Counted from the stretch's first letter, positions 1 to 13,312 are shown. The stretch: DNA of 64,000 nt from Antedon mediterranea (GCF_964355755.1 NC_092679.1:18335432-18399431), one strand, 5' to 3'. Numbers and translations: made by a program. The notes: generated from the letters alone by a model not told the origin.

Positions 1-483
1 AGTGGGTGGATCTCAATAAAGATGCAAATTAATTAGTGTACAAGATATACTCTCTTTCTTCAAGCCGCAAGCGTTATGTAATTGGCCTAAAATAAGATGC
101 CACACTGGATGTTCATTACTATAAAAAAAAATTTAAAAGAATCAGAAATCTTTCGGAAATTGAATAATATAAGTCATTGATTAATAAGGTTTTTAAAATG
201 TTTCGTTAAAAATCAAACCAGCATTTTTTTCTTAAAGAAGAAGAATCAAAAGTAGTCCGCTGTTGCCTCATTCATTATAATTATTCTCGCGAGTTGTGTA
301 ACTTGTGACTTAATCCAGCACTCCATTCAAGCATGATATCCTTCTTCAGAAAAGGAAGTGACGTCTGGTTGTAATTTGTATTCATTCCAGACCAGCAGAC
401 GGTCGAACGAAAGATCTATCAATTAATTAATTGAGAGTGGACTGGAATGCCGCAGCGACTGCATGCGCAGCCGACACCCCAAA

Positions 484-588
484 TGAAACGAACTTTAGCC
501 TTTTGACGGCCGGATGAGCAAGCTCTACAGTCCTCTTCTTGCTAGATAATCATCATAATGAATCTTTTCAAATCTATTTACTCCAGTC
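484..588 (-). pseudogene. Degenerate inverted copy of part of NUSAP1 exon 5 and its donor
   Basis: Reverse complement reads GACTGGAGTAAA..ATTTGAAAAGAT..ATGATTATCTAGCA..AGAGCT.GCTCATC..GTCAAAAGGCTAAAGTTCGTTTCA. This is colinear with 7512-7634 (GACTGGAGTAAA..ATTTGAAAAGAT..ATGATTATCTGGCA..AGAGCTCAGCTCATCTGTCAAAAAGGCTAAGGTTCGTTCCA) but has frame-breaking indels. Confidence 0.7.
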
Positions 589-1127
589 CGTCAGATTCAA
601 AGAGATGGTAGTACTAACTATAAACAAAATATGCCTTAGTAAACACAAAAAGTAAGTATTGTATATGTGTTATAGTAAAGTTTCTATTTCTTTGTCACTA
701 AAATGTAAGTTTAATAAAGTTATTTGAACTAAGTATAACAAATGTGAACCACATAATATAATACAGATAATTACTACTTTATAATTCCTTCCGTATAACA
801 ATAACATGATCTTTTTTTATGAACAGCAGACCATATAAATTAGTCACAGAGAGTCGATTTTGGTGACGTGTTGAGGGGTAAAACGAGATTTACTACTGCC
901 AATCTTAACACATCGCGTTGTGGAAAAAAAATCGTCCATCGCAAAACCATGGAAAAATAAGTTATAACTTGTATTATTTATCCATGGTTTGAACATCAGG
1001 GAGTCGTAATTAGAAAACAACTCCTTCTGTAAAATCAAGAACCACAAACTCTTTCGTAGATCGTTAATACTGCCCTCTACAGTTATTTAGAGAGGGATGT
1101 TTAGTGGAGTTGTTAAAAAATGAACAA

Positions 1128-1158
1128 CCAATCGTATGTTAAGAGGCGCAAATTCGAA
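1128..1158 (+). promoter_or_regulatory. Candidate CCAAT box plus CDE/CHR-like cell-cycle element of the NUSAP1 promoter
   Basis: CCAAT at 1128-1132 and GGCGC-AAA-TTCGAA at 1145-1158, about 100 bp upstream of the ATG. TTCGAA is a known CHR variant, and NUSAP1 is a G2/M gene in mammals. Confidence 0.45.
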
Positions 1159-1254
1159 CTCGCCGCGCCGTTGTGTTGTTACTTTTTAAGGAGCGTTTTT
1201 CGTCGTGTTTATTTTTAAAATAAGACATAATATTGAACACTTATTCTTAGAAAC

Positions 1255-4200
1255 ATGGATAGTGATCATCTTAAATCATTGAAGTATTCGGAGTTGAGAA
1301 AATTAGCCAAGAAAAATGGGGTGAAAGCGAATTTAAAGGTATGTGAATAATGATTTTCCACAACAACAACAAAAGTCAGAGAGCAGACTAGGCTAGCCTA
1401 GCTAGCTAGACTGCTGCTGCTGGTCCAGCTAGCAGTGTGGTAGGGTAGGCTAGTCCAGACTGGCCTACTGGGCTACTATACTAGGCTTAGTACTGGCTAG
1501 GCCTAGGTTGCCAGGGCATATGACCGGTTGGGCCGCCGACAAGTTGAGCCGCCGGTAATTTCTATGAAACGCCCAGCGCGTCTTTTACGACATTTCGCGT
1601 AGTGATTAGAGCTAGGTACGAGTCAATCTGTGACGTCACTCACTTAAATTCGGTTCTGTTTTTTTGATCCCAAAATATCGTGTGGGCGCAACAAGCCCTT
1701 TGGGAATTTACGTTTTTAAATCAGTTTTCATTGGCTAATTTAAGGGATTTGATGTCAGACAGGTCATTTAAAGTTCAATCTTGGGTCAGGAAACTTTTTT
1801 TTTTCAAACAGTGATCGTCAAATTTTTTGGCAGCGTTTTGAACATTTGAGTCGAATAAAAGTCGTTTTTTTTTAGCATTGCGTAAGTAATAAATTCAATT
1901 ATTATGACGGTAAACAGTAGTTCATGTATTTAGGTATATTTCTGCCAAATATGAAAGCAATTAGATAATTAACGGTAGAATGTGATCGATCGCCGTGATC
2001 CACCTTGTAGCACTGAGGGTGCTCTCTGACGGCGGTAGGCTTATTGGGATAGTCGAAACCGGCTTTCGTAACAGTAATGTAACGGCAATATTTTTAGTGT
2101 AAATTAACGATATGTGTCCGAATATTCAAAATATAAGATTACTTAAATATTATTAGATAATTTTGTGTAGTTTTAATTACAAATAATAAACATATTATAG
2201 GTGATTTAAGTGGATTTCTAATATCTGAAATCCGACGCTTAAACAGTTTAGAATGAATATCGCATGACGTCATTTAATTGGCTGCTGATTGGCCCATTCA
2301 TGCATTTGCAGATCACATGATCAAGCCATTTCTAATGGGTTTTGTTTTATTTTTTCAGGTATTTTTACAAACTTTAATTGTATATAATTGGTGAGTAACA
2401 ATATTCCATTTTAATTTCAATGATAGATTTACATTTTATCACAGTGGTGGTAGTATTTTTTAAGTATATATTTATATTTACTGTTGCCTTTTCACTACCA
2501 TATTAATATAATATTATAGTACATTAACAGTTTTTTATTTTTTAATATTTTCTGTAGTTTGAATATGAGGCAAAAAAAGAAAAGAAATGTTGAAATAAAA
2601 CCAGGAAAACATAGGCAGATTTTGAGTGGCTATTCTGAACTTCCTGATGACGTAGTAGATTTGAAGAATGGACACATCCTTTACATTTATATATACTGAA
2701 TGTGATTCAACATCAAATGGAACATTAATATAAAACCCCATACCCGGCTTTTCTTTCCTCATGATGGGGGGGGGGGGGGGGGGGGTGGTAATGTAAATAA
2801 ATATGGGGGGGGGGTGGTAGGGAGGGGATGTTACTAGCATAATGTAAATTTTGCAAGCTTCATTCTGTAAATAAAAAAAAAAATCTATGAAGTAAAAAGA
2901 TGTACATGTTTTATACAAAATATAAAAAATCGATTATAAAAAGGTCACAATTTTATTAGCAATTCCTATACCAAAATTCCGATTAAAATTAAGACTTAAA
3001 AAATTAATATAAAATCAAGTAGTTGGTCAATTTTAATAAAATTTACATTTTTGAAAATGATGTGTTTTTTCTGATTTTTTTACTTCAATTTTATTTTAAA
3101 ATATTGACTTTGAATTTTTTTGACTCGTACCTATTAGAGCGGTGTCCTAGTACAAGTTCATGGTCTTTATGTGTATTGTGTCATGAAAATAAATAATATA
3201 TAATTACATACTACAATGTTGGTTTGAACCACCATAAACAACACAGCAAAGGAAAGTAGGCCTAATCTTTCAAGGTAAAAATGCCGTGCACTCTATATTT
3301 GTCTGGCGTGGACGTGTAGGCCTACCCAAAAGACTAATAGAGTATTGATATTCTTAAAATGATGTTAAATAATTAATATCTTTTATTTACTATCTTTTAA
3401 TATCATATTTTATTGAATTTTACAATTTTAATACACAAAATATTTTCCTAAAAAACGGTGATTTTATGTAATTATTTAACCTGAGGGGGCAACATGTTTA
3501 CGTCATTTTTGGCTAAAAACGATCATTTTCGGTGATGTTTTAGGTCTTTTATTTTGGAATCTACAAGTACAAGTCAGATTTTCATATTATAGTTCTTTAA
3601 AGTGTAATATTTAATACTATACTAAAAAGTGTGATATATAAACTTCGTTATCCCTAATGAAAATAGAACTTCTATTAAATAAAAAACGAGCACCGGCAAA
3701 AGTTAGCATTTGGCGTTTCATAGAAAATAACGTTTTTCTGGCGGCGGCTCAACTTGGCCTAATCCGTTGCCAGGACACCGGAGTACTACCATAGGCATAG
3801 CTTGAATAGGCCTAACTAGCCTAGCCTAGGCTAGGCCTACTAGTTAGGCCTAGTAGTAGTATAATTAGGCGTAGTATGTAGAGGTAGCCGATCACTCCGG
3901 CCGCGCTTCACTCCGGCCGCCGTATCAGTTTAGCGCGATGTTATGCACTCCGGCCGCTATTCAATTCGACTTCCTGTGCAAAGGGGCCGTTAGTATGGAG
4001 CGCCCATATCTACGTTTTCTATACTGTTCAGTGTTATAACAAATTCTTGGTGAATTTAAATGGAACTAGTTGAATATTTATTAGCAACAATTTTACTTGT
4101 TTCATTAACAATAACATTCAAAGAAGTTGGAACTGCTTTTTCTTTCAAACTAAACTTAACTTAATTAAATTCAATAATAAAATAATAATCAAATACCCGT

Positions 4201-7200
4201 CTAATTAATGCTTGAATAACAATATTTAATTTCTTTCTATGTACATTTATTTTTATAGCTTTACATTTATTAACATTAAAAATTAGTTAAAACCCTTATT
4301 TTTATAACACTTTATCTTGCCAGTACCCATACTTACTAATTATAGTTAATAACAATATTTACAATATTAATAGGGATAACGATGTAAAATTAAAAGTTAA
4401 TATTTTTCAAACAAATTATACATTGCCTGTTAGTATTTTGTATCAATATTATAATAAAGAAAGAATTATGAAAATATGACTTGTAGTTTTCGAAATATAG
4501 GGTTTAAAACATCGCCGAAAATGATCGTTTTTAGCCACGAACGATGTAAACAAATTGCGCCCTCAGTCGACAATTGTATGAACTAGTCATTTTTCGTAAA
4601 AATAATTATATAAAATCACGATTTTAAGTAACATATTTTATATATCAACATTGTAAAATTCAATAAAATATGATATTACTTATTTATTATATAAAAAAGA
4701 GTGTTTATTTAACCTCGTTCGAAGAATTTCAATGCATTATTTTCCTGTGTAATTGGACAGGCCTGACACCATGTGACTTCACGGCACTCGCGAGAAAATT
4801 ATTCCGCTGTGTGTTGAATCGCGTCAACCAATCAAAGGGCGAGAATCCAAAATCGTTCAACCGTGAGTCTTGCGGAGCGGTCGAATGCGGAGGTTTGATT
4901 GGCTTGCGATGACATCATACCATAAAATGGCGTTTTTGTAGTTGAGCCCCTCAGAATTTTTCAAAAATTATTTAAAAAATGGACTAAACGGATATTTTTT
5001 ATGGTATATGGGTTGTTACTATGAAATATTCGAATCATAAAGGCCTCATATCGGGATAAAATTGTTTTTTTAGCAGTTAAAATTAATATTTTTCTTAGTA
5101 ACAAGCACATGGTATGTGGAACTATATTATCTTGGTGTAGGAATAAAAAACATTTTGAGGTCATAAGAGGCTCAACTACAAAAATAAGGTTGAAATGGTA
5201 GGTCATTGAGCCTTCCGAGGGTTTCGTAGTAAACAAAAGCTATACGCGCTAGGCGATAACGATCTTTTTACCACTATATTCACATTTTTGGTTGAATGAA
5301 ATGGAAATAAAAAATACTTGATCTTATAGAATAATAGGTAAATAAATATATACTCAAAAGGATATATTTATAATTAATTTATTTTCAGAACAATTACCTA
5401 ATAAAAAGTGTTTACCAAAGTAAAAAAACACCGCGTCAATGACATTGCGCGCATAGTAACGTGCGCGCTGTTTAATCGTGGTAATGAAAATGGAGTCGGC
5501 TCTCGGTATCCCTAATATTAATTAATTTATTTCAAATAATCAAATATCCGTCTAATTAATGTTACCTGGAATTGTATCAAGAATTAATATATCATTTTTG
5601 TACAGTCCAATTTACAATGATTTTATATTTTAATTTATATATGATAAAAATAATATGACATATAGGGTACATTGCAATAAATTACATTAATTAATCACAT
5701 TACAATTAATATACTAGCCTATTACATTGGATAAAACACATAAATTATTTTGTTCTAGCATTAGACCTAATTTAAAACACTTGCGATGTTGTTGTGATCC
5801 TGAAAGAGAAAAAATATACTGTATTATTACAAATGTTTATTTTGATTCTCTACAAAAAACGTGTCTCGGTTGTAAAAGACTCATTGGGCGCTCCATAGCT
5901 GCGGCCGGAATGAATCGCGGCCGGAATGAATCGCGGCCGGATTTGAAGCGCGGCCGGAGTGAAGCGCGGCCGGAGTGATCTGTATTCGTATATAGACCTC
6001 TAGGCCTAGCTAGTACAGTTCAGTAGGCCCCTACCTAAAACTAGTAATTTAATACTGTACTACTATGGCTAGCCGCTAGCCACTAGCCACTGTGCAAATT
6101 GGGACTGGACCGTTTTAGAGGTGTTTACCACCTGTTGGTCCAGATCCTTCACTAACTGAGTTAGTGAGAAGTCGAATAAATTAAAATTTAAAAAATTAAT
6201 TTAATTAAATAAATTAAAAAATATAGGCTAGGCCCAGGCTTTTGTTTACAATATAAGCATTTTTTATTGACTTTTAGTTAGGCTAGATTAAAATTTTTTT
6301 AAACTTGCAAATTTCTTCTTTTTTATAGGCCGACAAGATTATCCTCGCACTCCTTGAAAAATTTGCCAGGTCGCCACCAGCAGATGAAACGGTCAAACAA
6401 AATGTAAGTTTCATAAAAGAAAAATTAAAAATACTTTTTTGTTTAATTCTAGATGTTAATGCCATAATGGTTTAATAAGCAGTATAAAATGTAAATTGTT
6501 GTCTACACTGTTTTCTTTGCTCAAGTTTTTTTTAAAATTGCATTTTTTAGGAAGAAAAAACAAGTGAAGATGCAGTAAAAAGAAGGTCTCGCAAACGTGG
6601 TAGAAATGTCTCTCAGGGGAGTGAAGAAGAGGTACAGTATTTTAATTTACAGGATTGCAAACTCTTGTTTGTCATCGTAGTTGTACACTATTTGTTGTCT
6701 GTCACAAATCATGGAGGCAAACACACTCAATTAATTTCTTTCTTTAGGTTGTGCCAGCTAAAACAGTTGTAAAAGACTTGTTAACGCCAGTTCAAAAATC
6801 TGCAGTCAAAGTTCGTCTTGTGACCCCCAGCTCTTTTATTACCCCAAAAACTGGCACCTACATCACCCCGAGCAGCAGAGTAGTTAACATGCCAAAATCT
6901 GCAACCCCTCACCCACGGAAATCAACTGGGGCTAAAGGCAGAGTGGAGAAAAACATGCCCAGGATTACTGAAAATGAAGTGAAGTCCAAATCGCGTAGAA
7001 CGTCGCCTAGAATAGCCGAACAAGAGAAACAAAATGAAGAAGAAAAGAAAGTCCGTCGCTCAACATTCGAGGTTAAAATAGATGGTACCACTACCAATGA
7101 TAAAACAAAAGATGGTGAACCTGCAAAAGGTATGTATGGTGTTCTAAAAGTTCTATTTTTGTTGGCATTGACAATCTTTAACAATAAAACCACTATTAAT

Positions 7201-9104
7201 AGGACACCCTCGAGACACCTTAGTAGGGTTTTTCCTGAATAGCGGTTGTGCATAGTGTTAACATATACTGTATTGCCTATTCAAAGTTTTTTTCCCTTAA
7301 TATGGGTGTCGCCCAAAAGAAGATTTTCGACTATATATTATTAATCTAAATATTACTTACTAAGCTGGCCATTACCAGTTGTAAACAATAATACGCTTAT
7401 TTATTATCACACAATATAACTCTTACTCTAGTAATGAAACAACCAACAAACATCCCAAGATTCAGTGCGTTCCTAGCAAGCAAAAAGAAGGCCACATCAT
7501 CAGCAACAAAAGACTGGAGTAAACTGCACCAAAAACAATTTGAAAAGATGGAATCAATTGATGATTATCTGGCACGAAAGCGGAAAAGGACCGAAGAGCT
7601 CAGCTCATCTGTCAAAAAGGCTAAGGTTCGTTCCAAATTATATTCATATTTTCTGTTTCATATCACTGAACACAAGGAATACAATAGTGGCGAGTAAGAT
7701 GACAGCAATTATTTTGATTATGATGTTTTGTGTTTTGTTTAGACTTTGACAGAACGAACCAAGAGTGTTGTCTGTGCAATGCAAGCCTATCAAACTCCTC
7801 CTGCAAGCGCAAGCAAGGTAATTGGTCTATTAATGTGTGTTACATATACATATAGGCTACATATTGATTTCCACAGTAAAGCTTGGTTCCCACTAAAATG
7901 CAATGCAAGAAATTGAATAACCACAAGTGACAGTTATTAATAGAAAATCGCTTGTGATTGGTTACATTGCGCTTATGTCGTTGCGTCCTAGTGGCAACCA
8001 AGCTAAAAGGACATTCACAAATATTGTAAAGCCCTGTCTACACTTTCAAACTAATTTGAAAAAAAAAGTGTGCCTAAATATGGTAGTGATAAGCTTAAAT
8101 ATGGTAGCGATATGACATCATCATGTCCATATGATCATTTCACGTTTTTTTTACATTGAATTTATAGTGTAGACCGAGCATTAGTGTGGTTCATTGCTAT
8201 TTTAAGTTTCCGATTGTTATTCCAACAGAAATCAATAATTGCGCCACCATCTTTCCAGTCTCCGAAAGTGTTTGTACCTAAAGTGGTATCTACGAAAAAC
8301 ATGAGCGTCAAATTTGATAAGACTACCAAAACAACCTCAGTGTTTGTGTTCAAAGGGAAAGGTGCCGTCACCAAGTCTACCTTTTCCAGTGCCCGCAAGT
8401 CGACTGGAGCCAGTGCTCGTAAATCGGCTGTAGCCAGAACCAGGAAGTCACTTCTTCCTAGCGCAAGGAAGTCCGTTGGAACAGGAGATGCTCGCAAGTC
8501 TATGGGATGTAAGTTAACATAAGTAAAACCAATTTTAAATCATGCCCCAACTAAGTTGCTATAAATGTTAATAGGCCTAATGAATTTGATTAGAATGTTA
8601 ATATGTATGTATTAAAATGTTTACCTTTTTGTTATACAGCTGCTATGACGCCTTTTGCACTTAAAGGAACCGGCAATATGAAGCCAAGTCCTGTGTCGGC
8701 CAAGAAGTCAATATTTGATTTAAAAGCAAGCTTAGCCAAGCCACTAAGTTACAAGCCATACAAAGGTAAATATTTAAAATAGAAATGCCTTATATTTATT
8801 TACCAACCAGTTATTTGACAACTCTGGACTCAGCAAAAAAAAAATAAATAAAAATTCAATGTGTTGAAGTCATTGTACTGTATAAGTAAGAGATTTTTTT
8901 AAGATGTCCACAAGAACATTTATTATTTAACTCTTCGTTTTAGGCAAACTTTCTAATAACAAGAAATTAACAAAGGAGCAGGCAAAAGAGAACCTAAAAA
9001 AGCCCAAAGTGATGTCTATGGCAGAAAGAAGAGTAGCTGCTGCAAAGCAGAGAGGACAGAGGAAGACCAAGGCTATCAATGCAAGGAGAGGAATAGATGT
9101 CTAA
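1255..9104 (+). CDS. NUSAP1: Nucleolar and spindle-associated protein 1-like (9 exons, ~485 aa)
   Basis: Exons 1255-1338, 6329-6403, 6551-6631, 6748-7129, 7432-7625, 7743-7817, 8229-8508, 8640-8765, 8944-9104; all GT-AG, phase-consistent, 1458 nt. N-terminal SAP-like LKSLKYSELRKLAKKNGVKANLKADKIILAL, central DWSKLHQKQFEKMESIDDYLARK, C-terminal FDLKASLAKPLSYKPYKGKL and terminal ARRGI are NuSAP hallmarks. Confidence 0.92.
1540..3756. mobile_element. Non-autonomous DNA transposon remnant with imperfect terminal inverted repeats (NUSAP1 intron 1)
   Basis: CAAGTTGAGCCGCC..TTTCTATGAAACGCC at 1540-1573 is mirrored by GGCGTTTCATAGAAA..GGCGGCTCAACTTG at 3712-3756. No transposase ORF and no clear TSD seen. 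Confidence 0.55.
3883..5987. mobile_element. Mutator/Foldback-like non-autonomous element with repeat-containing TIRs and 9-bp TSD
   Basis: GATCACTCCGGCCGCGCTTCACTCCGGCCGC at 3890 has an exact inverted match ending at 5980. Subterminal TATGGAGCGCCCA / TGGGCGCTCCATA. Flanks GTATGTAGA (3874-3882) and GTATATAGA (5988-5996). Confidence 0.75.
4371..5514. mobile_element. Nested TIR element (TAGGGATA termini, hAT-like) inside the Mutator-like element
   Basis: TAGGGATAACGA at 4371 and TCGGTATCCCTA ending at 5514, with ATATTAA on both flanks. Its left ~300 bp has an inverted homolog at ~3370-3656. Confidence 0.55.
7880..8004. mobile_element. PIF/Harbinger-type MITE, family H2
   Basis: TIR AGCTTGGTTCCCACTA / TAGTGGCAACCAAGCT. 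Related copies at ~33820-33986, 34126-34304 and 46085-46217, with TAA/TTA flanks. Confidence 0.6.
8030..8180. mobile_element. PIF/Harbinger-type MITE, family H1
   Basis: AGCCCTGTCTACACT..AGTGTAGACCGAGC termini and internal AATATGGTAGTGATA / GACATCATCATGTCCATAT, shared with the other H1 copies. Confidence 0.6.
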
Positions 9105-9869
9105 TTGTATACTTAAGTTGTGTTCACACTACGAATGGATTTGGTGTTGTGGTTTGCATCAAATTTGTTTGTGTAAAATCAAAACTGATCTTTAATGAAG
9201 TTTGAGGCACGGTGCTAGATGTGTTAAATATTTTAATTTTCTAAATGTCTAATATCAATTAATTGGTCAAACTCCCAGGTCAGTGGTCCGACAAAGATCT
9301 TGTCCTTTTTATGGCTTATTGTTTTATACATGATACTATCTTGTCATCTGCCATTTGGCAGGTCCATGTTTATACATACAGTGCTCACTATATACATTAC
9401 TGTACCGTATATATTTCAATATTTTCATCAAGTTGTACATATGTGTAGATATTTTTGTTTAATTTCGGTGTTTAGTACTAAGTTGTTTTTTGTTTTCGTT
9501 TATATTTTGTAAAATTGGTTTGATATAATCATGCATTTGAAATGAGTAGAGTTGTATCATAAAAGGTAATCTACTTGTGTGAACTAGGAACTACATGCTT
9601 TCATTCTACCAGACGTTTCTTAACTTCTTTTTTTTTAAAGTTAAAAATTGACAATGCCCTTTTAACAACCTGTACAGTATACTTGGAAAATCTGATTTTT
9701 CTGACTACGGTACTGTACCGTTAAACTTTTAAAATGTGTATGATTTTTTAACTGACACTATCTTTTATGTGACATTTTGTAAATACTTTGACTTGTTGCG
9801 GATTCATTTATAAATTCTTTTTTATTACTCTTCCTTAGTACTTAGATTGTTGAAACACAGCTAAAACTG

Positions 9870-9975
9870 TATTTATGTGACAAAAAACTGATGTGCCCAA
9901 ATATGGTAGTGGTATGACATCGTATCCATATATGGGCACATCCATTTTTTTGTCACACAAAGTGTAGACAGAGCT
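9870..9975. mobile_element. Partial MITE, family H1
   Basis: GTGACAAAAAACTGATGTGCCCAAATATGG..ATGGGCACATC..TTGTCAC..AGTGTAGACAGAGCT matches the 17348 copy. Confidence 0.6.
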
Positions 9976-11171
9976 TAATATCTCAAGTATTTTGTATACA
10001 ATCTGTATTACTCTTCTCTGTTGTGTAGTTTGTCTATCAGTCGACACTTCTCATGTATAAAAAGTTGCCAAATATATGATCCTTAATGCAAAGGGTAAAA
10101 CAAAGCCCATTTTGGTTTGTATTTTTTAATTTTCCCTTCATACTTATAATAGTTTAACATAATTCACAAAGCACTTTTTGGTTTTTATTTTTTTATTTCC
10201 CTATTTTTTTGTACCTTCTACTTATATTAATTAACAAAATATGGACACATACATTATGTAGAAATCATAAAAAAATTTACATAAAATGAACAATGTAAAT
10301 TAAAATTTACAACAGAAAATCTACATCTTGTAAAAGTAAATTATAATCTGTCTGCATTTCATGTTAAATGTTTGAGGTTAGCACCATTTCATATAAAAAT
10401 TACTGTTCCACAGAAAATGACAATTCAATGCATTAAAACAAATAAAATCATTTAGAAAACACGCTCATACACTGTACGTCTATTATTATATCCATGCAAT
10501 TTACCACTAAAAATATTTAAAACGGATAATCATAGAAATTATGTACGGTCAAAACATAAATTATTAGATTCTGAGAAAAATGTATTATATGTCAAATAGA
10601 GCACTTTTCCTTAATGGATTGATATAACATTTTTTCTTGTATATTGTGTATAAATAGTTATAAATATTACATAAATATACTATAGTACCTTTTTAAAACT
10701 ACAAAACATGTTTTTACAGTAGTTATTCTAAACACCAAAACAATACTAATTCCTATACACCTACAATACGGTAGATACAAAATGTTGTTAACGTAAAAAT
10801 TATTTGTTGGAAAATTGTGTAGAAAGACTTCAATTGAATACTGATATTACTGAAAAGCTGGTTTCCATGAATTTGAACTTTTTCTACCAATGACGTGCAC
10901 AAACAGAGTTCCATACACAATTTCAATTAATTCCATGTGTTGTTTTTTTCATCTCTATGGCAATCAAGGGAGGATGTGTAGAATGCCACATGCACATATG
11001 ACTTGTTATCTTGTCTATTACTTCATACGGTTCGTGCGACTTGGTTAGTTAGTCCAACGTATACTTCAGTTGACCTATTATTATATTTGGATAAATTGGA
11101 AGAATTTATGGCATACATCAGAGTTTTTAGGAAATATTGAACCCGTTCTTTTTGTGTCACTGAACATATCC

Positions 11172-11390
11172 CTAGCAGCCAGATTTCTGAGAGACCATGT
11201 TCTGAGCGCATGTACGAGGCAGCTCGGCCCCTTTATGGAGAAAGTTCGCTAGGTCCTGACATCCGCCACAGCATGGTGGGAAGGCGCAGAATATTCCGTA
11301 AAGCAATCCGCAGAGAATTCCGATCGGCCAACCAAGGATCAGCAAGATGATCAACCAGACGATACTCCATAGCCAACCGCAATTTGCCAT
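11172..11390 (-). CDS. Small Cys-containing membrane microprotein, paralog 1 (72 aa)
   Basis: MANCGWLWSIVWLIILLILGWPIG..PPCCGGC..LPRTCAQNM aligns with five neighbouring paralogs. Pyrimidine tract plus AG acceptor just upstream of the ATG. Confidence 0.85.
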   Translation of the reverse strand: MANCGWLWSIVWLIILLILGWPIGILCGLLYGIFCAFPPCCGGCQDLANFLHKGAELPRTCAQNMVSQKSGC

Positions 11391-13312
11391 TCTGTTGGAA
11401 GATTTACAATTTATCTGAAAATTTAAAAAAAGTAGAGTTTACAAAATTGACCTACTGTACTGGTAATTACTGTAATTTAGAACAGTTTTTTACTTCACTA
11501 GGTTTAGCAAATTTTTATGATGTTTAAACTGTTTGAAATTCAATTTACCATTTGTGAAAACCAACCGATGTTTTGGCATTAAAATACAGATTGATTGACC
11601 ATGACTGGTGCAGAGGATGCCTCTACATTTTTTTTAGAGGTCCCCCTGACTATTCAACAACAAACCCCAGCAACTTCTCATGGCCCTTTCCAAATTGCTC
11701 CCTTTTTTTAACACTATTTAAAATGTAATCCTTATTGCAATATACCTGTTTTTTAGTTAAATATCTGTCTTGGTACAAAAAATTAGACTTTGTATTAGAA
11801 CAGTGAGGCCTACTAATGGTTTAAACAGTATTGTATTATAACTCTTAGAGCCTTTCCCACTGGACTGTACAGGAAATCAGGAGGTTCTACTGTCTACTAG
11901 CATTCCCATAAGGTCAGGAAAATTACAATAAATGTGTATCAATTACAGTCGGATATTGGGTAGGCCTGCCCTACCCAATATTCCTTGGTTTTGCCTCCAT
12001 GGTTTCACCTCTTGGTCGTAAATTGTTTTTTTAGGTCTCAACGTTTTCTTTACAGCAGTTACTGGCTGTATATTTGCTATATTAATTTTACAAGCAAGTA
12101 ATGACTGGAGTGGAAATGAATTAAAGAATGAGAAAAAGCCACCCTAACTAAGATTCAAACCCAGAATATTGATATGCAGAAAAATCCTACCAAATATATT
12201 TATATATATATACATTTTAAGACTAGCATATTTATCCATTATTTTAAACTGAATTTCAGATGGTAGGAATCTTGGATTTTCTATCTTTTTCTTTTCTCTG
12301 TGTCTAATTTTAATATAAGTTTTTTAATTATACACATTTCCGTTCAATTTCTCTAAAACTTCACAGTATTCACCTTTTGTTTAGGCCTCTTATTGAATGG
12401 TTTTTTAAACAAACCAAATATAATTTAAAGACATTTATATCTATCTCAAAGGAGCTGTCTGCTGTTTTCCAAACAAATTCTATGGTCTAAAACAGAAACC
12501 ATTAAAATTTAAGTCAGTCACATGCAAATTATGCTGGTTGAAATTGTAAAGTTATGACAACAATCTTGTTTCAACAGATAGTAAATGGCAATTACAGGGT
12601 AAAGCATTTGTAGAAGATTTTATCTATATTTGTTCGTTTGTTGTACAAATTTTACCAGAATTGTATGTTTTGGTGTGACCTACTTAAAGGTCAACCCATA
12701 AAGGACTGAATGTGATGCCCTAGGGATAGATTTTATTTAGTCTCATAAGTTAATATTAAACAATTTAAGGCAGGCTTTCTTTAATATCATCAAAGCTATA
12801 CAATAGTGCTTTTGTCTTTCTATATAGAGAATTATTACTCCATTCCTATACAGAGAACATAGTACTTGTACCAGCAACACCAGTAGGTTAAAATGTCATG
12901 TGTCTTTGAGTGATGCAAAAAAGAAAAGATTTTCTACAAAGTATATGTTCGTTCAAATATTTTACATTCATCTGAAAAAGTAAATATCACATTAAAAATA
13001 TTACCCAAATTTAAGGGCAGTGGTTTTGATATATAATGAAAAATAAATACGAATTCCAAAGATTTGATTTTAAATAAATAAGGTACTTTATTGATAACCA
13101 TATAACATATCCTCAGTCAAAATAGTTGTAATTGATATGATCATTTGATCATGATCATATCAAGGTTTACAAATTTGATTTAAAAAAAAATGTGTTAAAA
13201 ATATTTTTTGTTTTAATACAATAATTATAATACATAATATTCCTGTAGATGTAGTCTAATACTGTACAATAGGCCTAACACATGTATTGTGTTTTTAATG
13301 TAAGTTCCGCAT

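Noticed and set aside
844-1047. Possible first exon of a gene divergent from NUSAP1
   Set aside because: No recognisable protein similarity (not OIP5-like by eye) and only a weak donor; cannot be supported.
4371-4380. TAGGGATAAC resembling the I-SceI site
   Set aside because: Only 10 of 18 bp match; explained as a transposon terminus.
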